Shown here: positions 19,083 through 28,809 of the stretch, in pieces
Numbering within the stretch: the stretch's first letter is position 1
Layout of the letters: each line of letters opens with the position of its first letter
Assembly: GCA_965203445.1 (NCBI GenBank)
Contig: OZ241883.1
Location: forward strand, 1,216,001-1,280,000
Length of the DNA: 64,000 nucleotides
Direction: 5' to 3'
DNA from: Candidatus Oxydemutator sp.
Lineage (GTDB): Bacteria > Pseudomonadota > Gammaproteobacteria > Poriferisulfidales > Oxydemutatoraceae
Position numbers and translations under genes: made by a program
Notes under the pieces: generated by a model
Told to the model about the DNA's origin: nothing
The model's input: only the letters and a program-made list of their open reading frames with translations
Databases searched by the model: none

Positions 19083-19121
19083 ATTTTGATACATAATTCC
19101 CTAATTTTTGCCGCACGTCGC
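18955..19121 (+). ncRNA. Putative omegaRNA (scaffold plus flank-derived guide); boundaries approximate
   Basis: Overlaps the tnpB 3' end. GACGTGGAG...TGTGAAGCGTC and GGAATCC motifs parallel common TnpB omegaRNA scaffolds. Predicted hairpins and a GGGAAT/ATTCCC pseudoknot. Confidence 0.6.
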
Positions 19122-19198
19122 CCGTTTGGTGTCGTTCGTCGGAAACTGCGACGACGGTGCGACTGCCACCGCCGCGGCCGAGGGCGCGCTCCCGACCA

Positions 19199-21376
19199 AT
19201 GCCCTCTCCGCTGATCCTGCGGGTCGCAATTCCGTCGGCCTTGCCGAAGTGTCTCGACTACCTCGCGCCGACGCCCGCGCCGTCGCCAGGAGTGCGAGTG
19301 TCGGTGCCGCTGGGGTCGCGCTCGGCAGTCGGCGTCGTCGTCGAGGTGCCGCGCGAGACGCGCGTGGCGCACGCATTGCTGAAACCGGTCGAGCGCGTCG
19401 TTGACGAATCCCCCGTCGTTTCGGCGAGACTGCTCGAATTGTTGCAGTGGAGCGCGCGCTATTACCACCAGCCGCTAGGCGGCGTGTTGCGCGCGGCGTT
19501 GCCGACGTTGGCGCGACGCGGCGCGGCGTTGCGGATTCCGCGCGTCGTGACCTGGGAAGGCGCGCCCGGCCGCGACGAGCCGCCGGCCGCCGCCGTCAGG
19601 CAGAAGGCGCTGCTCGCGCTGCTTCGGGATCGGGGGCGCCACGATGAGGATGCGCTGAACCGCCGCTTTCCGGGCTGGCGTCCGGTGATGCGGCGCCTGC
19701 TCGACAGAGGGCTTGCCGTCCGGCGCGAGGAAGCGATGGCCGGCAAACCGCCGTCGCGGCGCCCCCATCCGCTCAACCGCGAGCAGGCGGCGACGGTCGA
19801 GTCGGTGGCCGCGGACTTCGGGCGGTTCCGCCGCTGCCTGCTCGAGGGCGTAACCGGCAGCGGCAAGACCGAGGTCTATCTGGCGTTGTGCGCGCAGGCG
19901 CTGGAGAGGGGCGAGCAGGCGCTGGTGTTGGTGCCGGAGATCGCGCTGACGCCGCAGACGGTCGAGCGCTTTCGCGCGCAGCTGGGAAGTGCGGTGTGCG
20001 CGTACCATTCGAGGCTGAGCGAGCGCGAACGTTTCCAGTGCTTCAGCGCGGCGCGCGCCGGCGCCGCCGCCGTCGTCATCGGCACGCGCTCCGCGGTGTT
20101 CCTGCCGTTTCGGCGGCTTGCGCTGATCGTCGTGGACGAGGAGCACGACGCCTCGTACAAGCAGCACGACTCGTCTTTTCGTTACCACGCCAGAGACGTT
20201 GCGATCAAGCGCGCCCAGCTTTGCAAGCTGCCGATCGTGCTCGGCAGTGCGACGCCGTCTCTCGAGTCGCTGCGCAACGCGGCGGGCGGCCGCTACGAGC
20301 ACCACCGCCTGGCGCGTCGCGCCGCCGGCGCCGCGCCGCCGCTGTGGCGGGTGCTCGACCTGCGCGGCGCGCGCCTTGACGGCGGCTTGTCGCCCGCGCT
20401 GGTCGCGGCCATGCGCGAACGTCTGGCAAGGCGCCGCCAGGTGCTGCTGTTTTTGAATCGGCGCGGTTACGCGCCGGTCACGTTGTGCCGCGATTGCGGC
20501 GCCGCGCCGTCGTGCACGCGCTGCGACGCGCGTCTCGTGTACCATCTGCGCGAGCACCTGCTGCGCTGCCACCATTGCGGCCTGTCGCTGCGCCCCCCCG
20601 ACGCCTGCGCCGACTGCGGCGGCGAGTTGCGGCTGGTCGGCCTCGGCACCGAAAAGATCGAAGAGAAACTGCGGCAGTTGTTTCCCGATGCCGGCATTGT
20701 GCGCGTGGACGCCGACGCGGTGCGGCGCAAGAACGAATTGCAGCACCGCCTTACGCTCATTCGCCGCGGCGACGCCGACGTCGTGCTCGGGACGCAGATA
20801 TTGGCGAAAGGGCATCATTTTCCGGCGATCACGCTGGTCGGCGTCGTGCACGTGGATCAGAGCCTTTTCGCGCCCGACTTCCGCGCGCTCGAACGCTTCG
20901 GCCAACTGGTAACGCAGGTCGGCGGGCGCGCCGGGCGCGGTGCGGACGCGGGCGAGGTCATGTTGCAGACCCACCACCCCGACCACCCGCTGCTGCAAAC
21001 GCTGTTGAAGAGCGGTTACGCCGCGTTCGCGTCGCAACTGCTCGCGCAGCGCGAGGTTGCCGGACTGCCGCCGTACCGCCACCTTGCCGTCGTACGCGCG
21101 CAATCAAGCGTCGCCGGCGAGGCCATCGCCGTGCTCGACCGCGCCCACCGATTCTCGCGCGACATGGCCGCGCGAGAATCGGTGCACATCTACGAACCAG
21201 TGCCGATGATGATGGAGAAAAAGGCCGGCGCCTACCGCGCGCAACTGTTGCTGAGCGCCGGCCGTGCGCGCGCCTTGCACGCCTGCCTGTCGGCCTTGCT
21301 GCCCGAAGTGCGCAAGCTCGCGCGATCGCGCAAACTGCGCTGGCACGTGGACGTGGATCCCTTGGAGGTGGTGTGA
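19199..21376 (+). CDS. priA: Primosomal protein N' helicase
   Basis: GVTGSGKTEVY, VDEEHD, LNRRGY, Zn-finger CxxC pairs, QVGGRAGR, terminal DVDPLEV. Confidence 0.97.
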   Translation: MPSPLILRVAIPSALPKCLDYLAPTPAPSPGVRVSVPLGSRSAVGVVVEVPRETRVAHALLKPVERVVDESPVVSARLLELLQWSARYYHQPLGGVLRAALPTLARRGAALRIPRVVTWEGAPGRDEPPAAAVRQKALLALLRDRGRHDEDALNRRFPGWRPVMRRLLDRGLAVRREEAMAGKPPSRRPHPLNREQAATVESVAADFGRFRRCLLEGVTGSGKTEVYLALCAQALERGEQALVLVPEIALTPQTVERFRAQLGSAVCAYHSRLSERERFQCFSAARAGAAAVVIGTRSAVFLPFRRLALIVVDEEHDASYKQHDSSFRYHARDVAIKRAQLCKLPIVLGSATPSLESLRNAAGGRYEHHRLARRAAGAAPPLWRVLDLRGARLDGGLSPALVAAMRERLARRRQVLLFLNRRGYAPVTLCRDCGAAPSCTRCDARLVYHLREHLLRCHHCGLSLRPPDACADCGGELRLVGLGTEKIEEKLRQLFPDAGIVRVDADAVRRKNELQHRLTLIRRGDADVVLGTQILAKGHHFPAITLVGVVHVDQSLFAPDFRALERFGQLVTQVGGRAGRGADAGEVMLQTHHPDHPLLQTLLKSGYAAFASQLLAQREVAGLPPYRHLAVVRAQSSVAGEAIAVLDRAHRFSRDMAARESVHIYEPVPMMMEKKAGAYRAQLLLSAGRARALHACLSALLPEVRKLARSRKLRWHVDVDPLEVV

Positions 21377-21521
21377 CCGGAGACTGCGAAACCGCTGCAA
21401 CGGGCCGGCCCGCGGCCCGTCGTCGCCACGGCCGCGTCGGGCCGCGTGATTCCCCGGGTGATACGGGGAGTGTGCATTGATCGCCGACGCGCGAGGCGGC
21501 CGTCGCCGCGCACGCCGCGGA

Positions 21522-21872
21522 TCAAAGTTTGCCCAGCCGTCGCTGCCCGACGTAGAACGCGGTACCGGAACTGGCGGACGAAAACGTCACCGTCGTACCG
21601 CTGGCAAAAAACACCACGTCGCCCGGGCGCAGCTCCACGCGCTCGCCGTCCTTTTCGACGATGGTCATCTCGCCCTCCAGCATGAGTTTGCACTCGTCGT
21701 AGCTATAGGTGTACTCCAGCGGGTTTCCGGCCTCTATCCGAAAGAAGCCCGCGCTGATCGGCGCCTGCTCGTTTTCCGATTCCGCCACGTCGCGCAGAAA
21801 CGCGCGAATACCCTCCATCCCCAGAGACGGTATCTCTTCGGCCTGCGCCTGCCTGTAACGTCTGATTCCCAT
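21522..21872 (-). CDS. Cupin domain protein (EutQ-like)
   Basis: ISAGFF...YTYSYDECKLMLEGEMTI...LRPGDVVFF. Confidence 0.8.
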   Translation of the reverse strand: MGIRRYRQAQAEEIPSLGMEGIRAFLRDVAESENEQAPISAGFFRIEAGNPLEYTYSYDECKLMLEGEMTIVEKDGERVELRPGDVVFFASGTTVTFSSASSGTAFYVGQRRLGKL

Positions 21873-22068
21873 TGAGAAGCCCTCCGTGTTTTGTGGAAGT
21901 GTCTCATTCTATCACTGCGATATTCGCTTCATCCGCATAGCCCCATTACCCCATTGTTTTTGCTTGCATTGATCCCCATATACAATGAATGACCCGCGAC
22001 ATACACAACTGTTTGCGTTGGGGGTATAATCGAACGATGAACGTCTTCTTGGCCAGGGAGCGCGCGGC

Positions 22069-23988
22069 GTGAGCGGCATGCTGAAAAATCTGATTTTGTG
22101 GGTCGTCATCGCCACCGTGCTGATGATCGCGTTCAACAACTTCGTCGTGCGCGAGGAGGCGCCGACGGCGGTGCCGTACTCGCAGTTCATCGGCGACGTC
22201 AGAAACGGTCAGGTGCGCAGCGTCGAGATAGACGCCGACAACCGCACCGTCAACGGCTTCTACAACAGCGGCGGGCGCTTCACCACCTACAGCCCGGGCG
22301 ACCCGCAGCTGGTCAACGACCTGCTGACCTACAACGTCGAGATCAAGACCGGGCCGGAGAAGAAGCCGTCGTTTCTGACCGAGATACTGGTCAGCTGGTT
22401 CCCGATGCTGTTGCTGATCGGCATCTGGGTTTTCTTCATGCGCCAGATGCAGGGCGGCGTCGGCGGGCGCGGCGCGATGTCGTTCGGCAAGAGCCGCGCC
22501 CGCCTGATGAGCGAGGATCAGATCAAGGTCACGTTCAAGGACGTCGCCGGCGTCGAGGAGGCGAAGGAGGAAGTCTCGGAACTGGTCGAGTTTCTGAAGG
22601 ACCCGGCCAAGTTTCAAAAGTTGGGCGGGCGCATCCCGAGGGGCGTGTTGATGGTCGGCGCGCCGGGCACCGGCAAGACGCTGCTGGCCAAGGCCATCGC
22701 CGGCGAGGCCAAGGTGCCGTTTTTCTCTATTTCCGGGTCGGATTTCGTCGAGATGTTCGTCGGCGTCGGCGCGTCGCGCGTGCGCGACATGTTCTCGCAG
22801 GCGAAAAAACACGCGCCGTGCATCATCTTCATAGACGAGATTGACGCGGTCGGGCGCCACCGCGGCGCCGGCCTCGGCGGCGGCCACGACGAGCGCGAGC
22901 AGACCCTGAACCAACTGCTCGTCGAGATGGACGGCTTCGAGGGGCACGAGGGCATCATCGTGATCGCGGCCACCAACCGTCCCGACGTGCTCGACCCGGC
23001 GCTGTTGCGCCCGGGGCGTTTCGACCGCCAGGTCGTGGTGCCGCTGCCGGACGTGCGCGGGCGCGAGCAGATTCTGAAGGTGCACATGCGCAAGGTGCCG
23101 TGCGACGACAACGTTCGCGCCGACCTGCTGGCGCGCGGCACGCCGGGCTTTTCCGGCGCCGACCTCGCCAACCTGATCAACGAGGGTTCGCTGTTCGCCG
23201 CGCGCGCCAACAAGCGCACGGTCGAGATGGACGACTTCGAGCGCGCCAAGGACAAGATCATGATGGGCGCCGAGCGCAAGTCCATGGTGATGAGCGAGGA
23301 CGAGAAGAAGTTGACCGCCTACCACGAGTCGGGGCACGCCATCGTCGGGCGCTTGGTGCCCGAGCACGACCCGGTTTACAAGGTTACGATTATTCCGCGC
23401 GGGCGCGCGCTCGGCGTCACGATGTTTCTGCCCGAAGAAGACCGCTACAGCCACACGCGCACCAAACTCGAAAGCCAGATCGCCAGCCTGTTCGGCGGGC
23501 GCGCGGCCGAGGAACTGGTGTTCGGTTCCGGTTCGGTGACGACCGGCGCCTCCAACGACATCGAGCGCGCCACCGAGATCGCGCACAACATGGTCACGCG
23601 CTGGGGGCTGTCCGAACGCATGGGGCCGCTTTCCTACAGCGAGGAAGAGGGGCACCCCTTCCTGGGCCACAGCGTCGCGCAGCACGCCAAGACGTTTTCC
23701 GACGACACCGCGCAGGCGATAGACGAGGAAGTCCATCGCATCATAGACGATAATTACCGCAAGACGCAGCAGATCCTGAAGGACAACCTCGACAAACTGC
23801 ACGTGATGGCCGCGGCGCTGATGAAATACGAGACGATAGACGGCGAGCAGATTGACGACATCATGGCGGGCAAACAACCGCGCCCGCCGCAAAACTGGGG
23901 CGACGACGACGTCGACACCGGCGGCGCGGTCGCCGAAGAAGAAGACAGCGGCGACGACAAGATAGGCGGACCCGCCGGCCAGCACTGA
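22069..23988 (+). CDS. ftsH: ATP-dependent zinc metalloprotease FtsH
   Basis: Two TM segments, [29 protein letters not shown]. Confidence 0.98.
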   Translation: MSGMLKNLILWVVIATVLMIAFNNFVVREEAPTAVPYSQFIGDVRNGQVRSVEIDADNRTVNGFYNSGGRFTTYSPGDPQLVNDLLTYNVEIKTGPEKKPSFLTEILVSWFPMLLLIGIWVFFMRQMQGGVGGRGAMSFGKSRARLMSEDQIKVTFKDVAGVEEAKEEVSELVEFLKDPAKFQKLGGRIPRGVLMVGAPGTGKTLLAKAIAGEAKVPFFSISGSDFVEMFVGVGASRVRDMFSQAKKHAPCIIFIDEIDAVGRHRGAGLGGGHDEREQTLNQLLVEMDGFEGHEGIIVIAATNRPDVLDPALLRPGRFDRQVVVPLPDVRGREQILKVHMRKVPCDDNVRADLLARGTPGFSGADLANLINEGSLFAARANKRTVEMDDFERAKDKIMMGAERKSMVMSEDEKKLTAYHESGHAIVGRLVPEHDPVYKVTIIPRGRALGVTMFLPEEDRYSHTRTKLESQIASLFGGRAAEELVFGSGSVTTGASNDIERATEIAHNMVTRWGLSERMGPLSYSEEEGHPFLGHSVAQHAKTFSDDTAQAIDEEVHRIIDDNYRKTQQILKDNLDKLHVMAAALMKYETIDGEQIDDIMAGKQPRPPQNWGDDDVDTGGAVAEEEDSGDDKIGGPAGQH

Positions 23989-24021
23989 GGCGGCGCCGCG
24001 TCTGCACGGGGCGGGGCGATC

Positions 24022-25365
24022 ATGGCCACACAAAGAAAATACTTCGGCACCGACGGTATCCGCGCGCCCGTCGGCAGTGCGCCGATGACGCCGGAATTCG
24101 TCCTCCAATTAGGCTGGGCCGCGGGCATGGTGCTGGCGCGCGAGCGCGACGAGCTGATTCTGGTCGGCAAGGACACCCGCGCTTCCTGCGACGTGTTCGA
24201 GGCGGCGCTGCAAGCCGGGCTGACCGCCGCCGGCGTCAACGTCGGCCTGGTCGGCGTGCTGCCGACGCCGGCCGTCGCGTATCTGACGCACACGCTGCGG
24301 GCCGCCGCCGGCGTCGTCATCAGCGCCTCGCACAATCCGTACTCCGACAACGGAATCAAGTTTTTCTCGTCCGAGGGCGTCAAGTTGTCCGACGCGCGCG
24401 AGCTGGAGATCGAACGCCGGATGGAGGCCTCGCTCGAGATGGACGACGCGCCCGGCGCGGCGCGGCGCATCGAGGACGCCGAGGACAATTACGCGGACTT
24501 CTGCCGCGGCCTGTTGCCGGCTTCGGTGCGCCTGGACGGCCTGCGTCTGGCGGTGGACTGCGCGCACGGCGCGACGTGGCGAGTGGCGCCGCGCGTGTAT
24601 CGCTCGCTCGGTGCCGAAGTGACGACGCTGGGCGTCGAACCCGACGGTTTCAACGTCAACCGTGAGCGCGGCACCGTGTCCCCGACCGCGTTGCAGCGCG
24701 CCGTCGCCGAAGGCGACGCCGACCTCGGCGTCGCCTTCGACGGCGACGGCGACCGCGTATTGATGGTGGCCGGTGACGGGCGTCTCGTGGACGGCGACGA
24801 ACTGCTTTTCATCATCGCCGACGGCCTGCAACGCAAGGGTGCGTTGCGCGGTGGCGTGGTCGGCACCGAAATGAGCAACCTCGGTCTCGAGACGGCGTTG
24901 CGCAAGCGCGGCATAGGCTTCGCGCGCGCCGCCGTCGGCGACCGCTACGTGGCGCAGATGATGCGCGACAAGGGCTGGGGGCTGGGCGGCGAGCCGGCGG
25001 GGCACGTCATTTGTCTTGATTACGCGCGCACCGGCGACGCGATCGCCGCCTCGCTGCTCGTGTTGCGGGTGCTGATCGAGGAGCGCACGACGTTGGCGGC
25101 CGCGGCCGCGGCCATGCGCAAATGCCCGCAGGTGCTGATCAACGTGCCGCTGCCGGAGGCCCGCGATTTCAACGGCGGCGAGCCGGCGGTCGAGCGCACG
25201 GTCGCGTCGGCGCGCGCCGCGTTAGGCGGCGACGGGCGCGTGTTGGTGCGCGCCTCGGGCACCGAGCCGCTGTTGCGCATCATGGTCGAGGCGCGCGCCG
25301 AGGACGCCTGCCGATTGTGGGCCGGGCGCATCGCCGACGAGGCGCGCCGCGCGCTCGGCGTGTGA
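24022..25365 (+). CDS. glmM: Phosphoglucosamine mutase
   Basis: YFGTDGIR, ISASHNP, FDGDGDR, RASGTEP. Confidence 0.96.
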   Translation: MATQRKYFGTDGIRAPVGSAPMTPEFVLQLGWAAGMVLARERDELILVGKDTRASCDVFEAALQAGLTAAGVNVGLVGVLPTPAVAYLTHTLRAAAGVVISASHNPYSDNGIKFFSSEGVKLSDARELEIERRMEASLEMDDAPGAARRIEDAEDNYADFCRGLLPASVRLDGLRLAVDCAHGATWRVAPRVYRSLGAEVTTLGVEPDGFNVNRERGTVSPTALQRAVAEGDADLGVAFDGDGDRVLMVAGDGRLVDGDELLFIIADGLQRKGALRGGVVGTEMSNLGLETALRKRGIGFARAAVGDRYVAQMMRDKGWGLGGEPAGHVICLDYARTGDAIAASLLVLRVLIEERTTLAAAAAAMRKCPQVLINVPLPEARDFNGGEPAVERTVASARAALGGDGRVLVRASGTEPLLRIMVEARAEDACRLWAGRIADEARRALGV

Positions 25366-25369
25366 CGCG

Positions 25370-26167
25370 ATGGGCGACGTCCGGCCGCTGGTCGCCGCAA
25401 ACTGGAAACTGAATGGTTCGTTGCCGTTCATGGAGGCGTGGGTGCGCACCTTCGCTGAGCGGTTCGGCGCGCAAGCGCGCGCCGCGGTCGAGGTTCTGGT
25501 GTGCCCGACGTTCGTGCATATAGCGCGCTTGGCGCAGTTGCTAAACGACGCCGCTGCGGCTGCCGACGTGGCGCTCGGCGCACAGAACCTGAGCGAGCAC
25601 GAGCACGGCGCTTTTACCGGCGAAGTGTCGGCGCCGATGCTGAAGGAATCGGGTTGCCGCTACGTACTCGTCGGCCATTCGGAGCGCCGTCTGGTGTACC
25701 GCGAAAGCGACGAACGGATCGCGGCGAAACTGCGGGCCGCGGCCGCGGCCGGTCTGGTTCCGGTGCTGTGCATGGGCGAGACCCTCGAGGAGCGCCGCGC
25801 CGGCCGCACCGAGGCGGTGCTCGAACGTCAGCTGGGCGCCGTCGCGCCAGTGCTGTCGGGTTTGGGCGCCGGTGCCTTCGCCCTCGCCTACGAACCGGTC
25901 TGGGCGATTGGCACCGGCGAGACGGCGTCGCCTGAGCAGGCGCAGCAGGCGCACGCCTTCGTGCGCGCCGGTCTCGGTGAACTGCCCGGCCCGCGCGCCG
26001 CCGACGTGCGCATAGTTTACGGCGGCAGCGTAAAACCGGATAATGCGGCTTCCCTGTTCGCGATGAACGACGTGGACGGCGCCCTGGTCGGCGGCGCCTC
26101 GCTTAAGGCGGCCGACTTTGCGCGCGTCTGCGAGGCCGCGTCACCAGCGCCGCGCGATTGCAACTGA
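25370..26167 (+). CDS. tpiA: Triosephosphate isomerase
   Basis: ANWKLN, GHSERR, AYEPVWAIGTG, YGGSVK, LVGGASL. Confidence 0.97.
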   Translation: MGDVRPLVAANWKLNGSLPFMEAWVRTFAERFGAQARAAVEVLVCPTFVHIARLAQLLNDAAAAADVALGAQNLSEHEHGAFTGEVSAPMLKESGCRYVLVGHSERRLVYRESDERIAAKLRAAAAAGLVPVLCMGETLEERRAGRTEAVLERQLGAVAPVLSGLGAGAFALAYEPVWAIGTGETASPEQAQQAHAFVRAGLGELPGPRAADVRIVYGGSVKPDNAASLFAMNDVDGALVGGASLKAADFARVCEAASPAPRDCN

Positions 26168-26179
26168 CGAGGAGATCAA

Positions 26180-26623
26180 ATGCTCTACGGGATTTTATTG
26201 GGCGTCGAAGTAATCATCGCCATTCTTCTGGTAACTTTCATATTGCTGCACCGAGGCAAGGGCGCCGACGTCGGCGCCGTGTTTTCCGGCGGCGGCGGTT
26301 CGACGTCGGTTTTCGGCGCCAGGGGGTCGGCGTCTTTTCTGACGAAACTGGTGGCGACCCTGTCGCTGCTGTTTCTGGTCAACAGCCTGGTATTGACGTA
26401 CGTCGCCAACCGCGATTTCGGCGACAGCGTGATAGACGACGGCGCGGTCGAGATGCCGGCGACGGACGACGCCGGGGGTGCGGGCGACGTTCCGCTGGAG
26501 GAGGAGTTTTCCGAGGGCGACGTCCCGCTCGGCGGCCTGCCGCTCGATACTTTTCCGGCCGGCGAGGATACGCCCGGGGATTTGCCTGAGGATTTGCCGC
26601 TGGCGCCGTCCGATTCGCGCTAA
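26180..26623 (+). CDS. secG: Preprotein translocase subunit SecG
   Basis: Two TM segments, GKGADVGAVF, SVFGARGSASFL. Lies between tpiA and tRNA-Leu. Acidic tail. Confidence 0.93.
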   Translation: MLYGILLGVEVIIAILLVTFILLHRGKGADVGAVFSGGGGSTSVFGARGSASFLTKLVATLSLLFLVNSLVLTYVANRDFGDSVIDDGAVEMPATDDAGGAGDVPLEEEFSEGDVPLGGLPLDTFPAGEDTPGDLPEDLPLAPSDSR

Positions 26624-26708
26624 TCCGGTGCCGCGGGTTTGTGCGGTGCCTCCCGCGGCCGGGCGCGCGCGTGGAACCCGCGGTGCTACAATGGCGACAC
26701 CGCGCGGT

Positions 26709-26793
26709 GCCGATGTGGTGGAATTGGTAGACACGCTGCCTTGAGGGGGCAGTGGCGCAAGCCGTGCCGGTTCGACTCCGGCCATCGGCACCA
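26709..26793 (+). tRNA. tRNA-Leu(GAG)
   Basis: GCCGATG...CATCGGC-ACCA acceptor stem, anticodon arm CTGCC-TTGAGGG-GGCAG, long variable arm, GGTTCGACTCC. Confidence 0.96.
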
Positions 26794-26836
26794 GTTGCGG
26801 GAACGTCGGAGGTTTGCGCCGTCGCGGCGCGGATGC

Positions 26837-26878
26837 AAAAACGCCGCCGCCGGCAAAGAGCGGCGGCGTCCGATTTTC
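26837..26878. terminator. Probable bidirectional terminator
   Basis: AAAAACGCCGCCGC...GCGGCGGCGT hairpin between convergent tRNA-Leu and DUF1326 genes. Confidence 0.55.
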
Positions 26879-26896
26879 AGCCGGTGGGCGCTGGGC

Positions 26897-27499
26897 CTAC
26901 GGCTGGTAGGTGAAGGCCGAAGCCAGGCTGGTGGTGCCGGCGTGGCTGTGCTGCTCCTCGTGGTCGTACTTCATCATCTCGGTCTTGTGCATGTGTATTT
27001 CGTGACCGGGAGCGACCGCCAACGGCGGGTTGCTCACGGTTACGTCGCTGCCTTCCGCGCCTTCGACCACCTGCACGCGCGTCTCGCCGACGCCCTCGAT
27101 GACCAGGCTTTTCTGCTTGTCGCCGTAATCAATGTTGATCGAGGCCGAATGCACGCCCATGACCTTGCCGAACAGGCTCGCGATGACCGCCGGGTGACCG
27201 CCGACCTCGCCGCCGTAGATCTTTTGCAACGCCGCCTTCTGCTCGTCGCTGGCCCGATCGTCTATGTACAGGGCGACGCGCCAGTCTCCTTCGGTCAGAT
27301 CGCCGGGCGCGTTCAGGTACAGACTGACGTTCAGACCGCTCAGATCGGTCGAGTCCATGTGTCCTTTGTCTATGATCCAGCCGATCAGCGCCTTGCAATA
27401 GCCTTCCGTCGGCGACTGCAGAAAGATGCACGGACAGACCGCCGTGTCGCAGGAGCAGGATTCAAAATACCTGCCTTCCAGTTTCCAGTTGTCAGACAT
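26897..27499 (-). CDS. DUF1326-family protein
   Basis: WKLEGRYFESCSCD..CPC...C, YIDDRASDEQ..AL..IYGG..GG. Confidence 0.85.
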   Translation of the reverse strand: MSDNWKLEGRYFESCSCDTAVCPCIFLQSPTEGYCKALIGWIIDKGHMDSTDLSGLNVSLYLNAPGDLTEGDWRVALYIDDRASDEQKAALQKIYGGEVGGHPAVIASLFGKVMGVHSASINIDYGDKQKSLVIEGVGETRVQVVEGAEGSDVTVSNPPLAVAPGHEIHMHKTEMMKYDHEEQHSHAGTTSLASAFTYQP

Positions 27500-27640
27500 T
27501 CCTTAGTCCTCCTTAGGTAAGATGGAATTATCAGAAGTGATTGCCATCACGGGCACACCGTACTACTTTTTCGGCGAGTGCACAACCTCCCGTATGGGGC
27601 CGCGGCGCGCGCGTCCGCGCCCGTGTCCCGTGATAAAATC

Positions 27641-28498
27641 ATGTCGACTCAAGAGGAAAGGGAAGCCGTGCTGATAAAAAAATCTGCTTTCTCGACCACG
27701 GTGCCGCCGCTGCCGCCGCTGACCTGGAAAGACAAGAGCGTCGTCTATATCGGTATCGCCGCGGTGCTCGCGGCGTCGTGGGGTTACATGTTGTACATGC
27801 ACTGGCAGATGCAGAACATGCACCTGCCCGTCAACTGGGACATGTGGATGCCGCCCGCCGCCGGCGGGCGCGCGTGGACGCTCCTCGATCTGAGCGCGCT
27901 GTTTTGGATGTGGTCGGTAATGATGGTGGCGATGATGTTGCCTACGGTGTTGCCCACGGTCACCACCTTTCACACTCTCGGCAGGCGCCGCAAGAACCAT
28001 GGAAGTTTCTCGGCCGAGACGTGGTGGTTCGTGATCGGCTACTTGCTGGTATGGGTCGCGTTCAGCGCGTTGGCGGCTTTGTTGCAATGGCCGCTGCACG
28101 TGACCGAGGTGTTGGACGCGATGATGGAGAGCGGCGGTTACTTGTTCGGCGGTCTGGTGCTGGTCGTGGCGGGGGTCTATCAGTGGACGCCGCTCAAGAC
28201 CGCGTGCCTGCGCTACTGTCGTTCGCCGCTCGGGTTTTTGCTGTCGGCGTGGCGCGACGGCAAGGCCGGCGCCGCCGGTATGGGCGTGCGCAACGGCCTT
28301 TTCTGCCTAGGCTGCTGCTGGGCGTTGATGTTGGTGATGTTCGCAGTCGGCGTCATGAACGTGTTGTGGATGGCGGTGTTGTCGGTGTTCATGTTGGTCG
28401 AGAAGGTCGTCCCACCAGGCACCGCGGTGCGCGTCGGTGCCGGCGTCGCGCTGACGGCCTGGGGTGGCTACTGGCTGGTGCTGTATTTCGCGGCCTAG
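27641..28498 (+). CDS. DUF2182-family predicted metal-binding membrane protein (start uncertain, 27578 or 27641)
   Basis: MWSVMMVAMMLP, YQWTPLKTACLRYCRSP, CLGCCWALM, EK. Usual partner of DUF1326. Confidence 0.87.
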   Translation: MSTQEEREAVLIKKSAFSTTVPPLPPLTWKDKSVVYIGIAAVLAASWGYMLYMHWQMQNMHLPVNWDMWMPPAAGGRAWTLLDLSALFWMWSVMMVAMMLPTVLPTVTTFHTLGRRRKNHGSFSAETWWFVIGYLLVWVAFSALAALLQWPLHVTEVLDAMMESGGYLFGGLVLVVAGVYQWTPLKTACLRYCRSPLGFLLSAWRDGKAGAAGMGVRNGLFCLGCCWALMLVMFAVGVMNVLWMAVLSVFMLVEKVVPPGTAVRVGAGVALTAWGGYWLVLYFAA

Positions 28499-28552
28499 CC
28501 CCCTACATTGCACCGCTACCGTGGCATCTGCTATGATACGCGGCTGAGCAGG

Positions 28553-28626
28553 TGCGGGGTGGAGCAGTCTGGCAGCTCGTCGGGCTCATAACCCGAAGGT
28601 CGAAGGTTCGAATCCTTCCCCCGCTA
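28553..28626 (+). tRNA. Initiator tRNA-Met(CAT), CCA not encoded
   Basis: TGCGGGGTGGAGCAG...TCGGG-CTCATAA-CCCGA with three G-C pairs, 1:72 mismatch, GGTTCGAATCC. Upstream TTGCAC...TATGAT promoter. Confidence 0.95.
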
Positions 28627-28809
28627 TACCCGTTCCGATAAAACGTCTCCTGCTCCACCGCGCCTCCCCCCCGATCCCCGTTTCTACCGCCCGTCGGACG
28701 GCGCTATGCCGTTTCTGCTGTTCGTCTTAAAGTCGGTACCGCTCGGCCAAGTCGCGGTCCTCCTCTACTGACGACGATTGTACGTTGCCTGCTCGATCAG
28801 GGAGGCAAC

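Larger units (their letters stand above)
17732..19101 (+). mobile_element. Non-autonomous TIR element carrying tnpB (26-bp perfect TIRs, 8-bp TSD TAATTTTT)
   Basis: 17732-17757 GGGAATTATGTATCAAAATCTACAGA is the exact reverse complement of 19076-19101. TAATTTTT occurs at 17724-17731 and 19102-19109. The interior is much more AT-rich than the flanking genes and contains no transposase. Confidence 0.93.
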
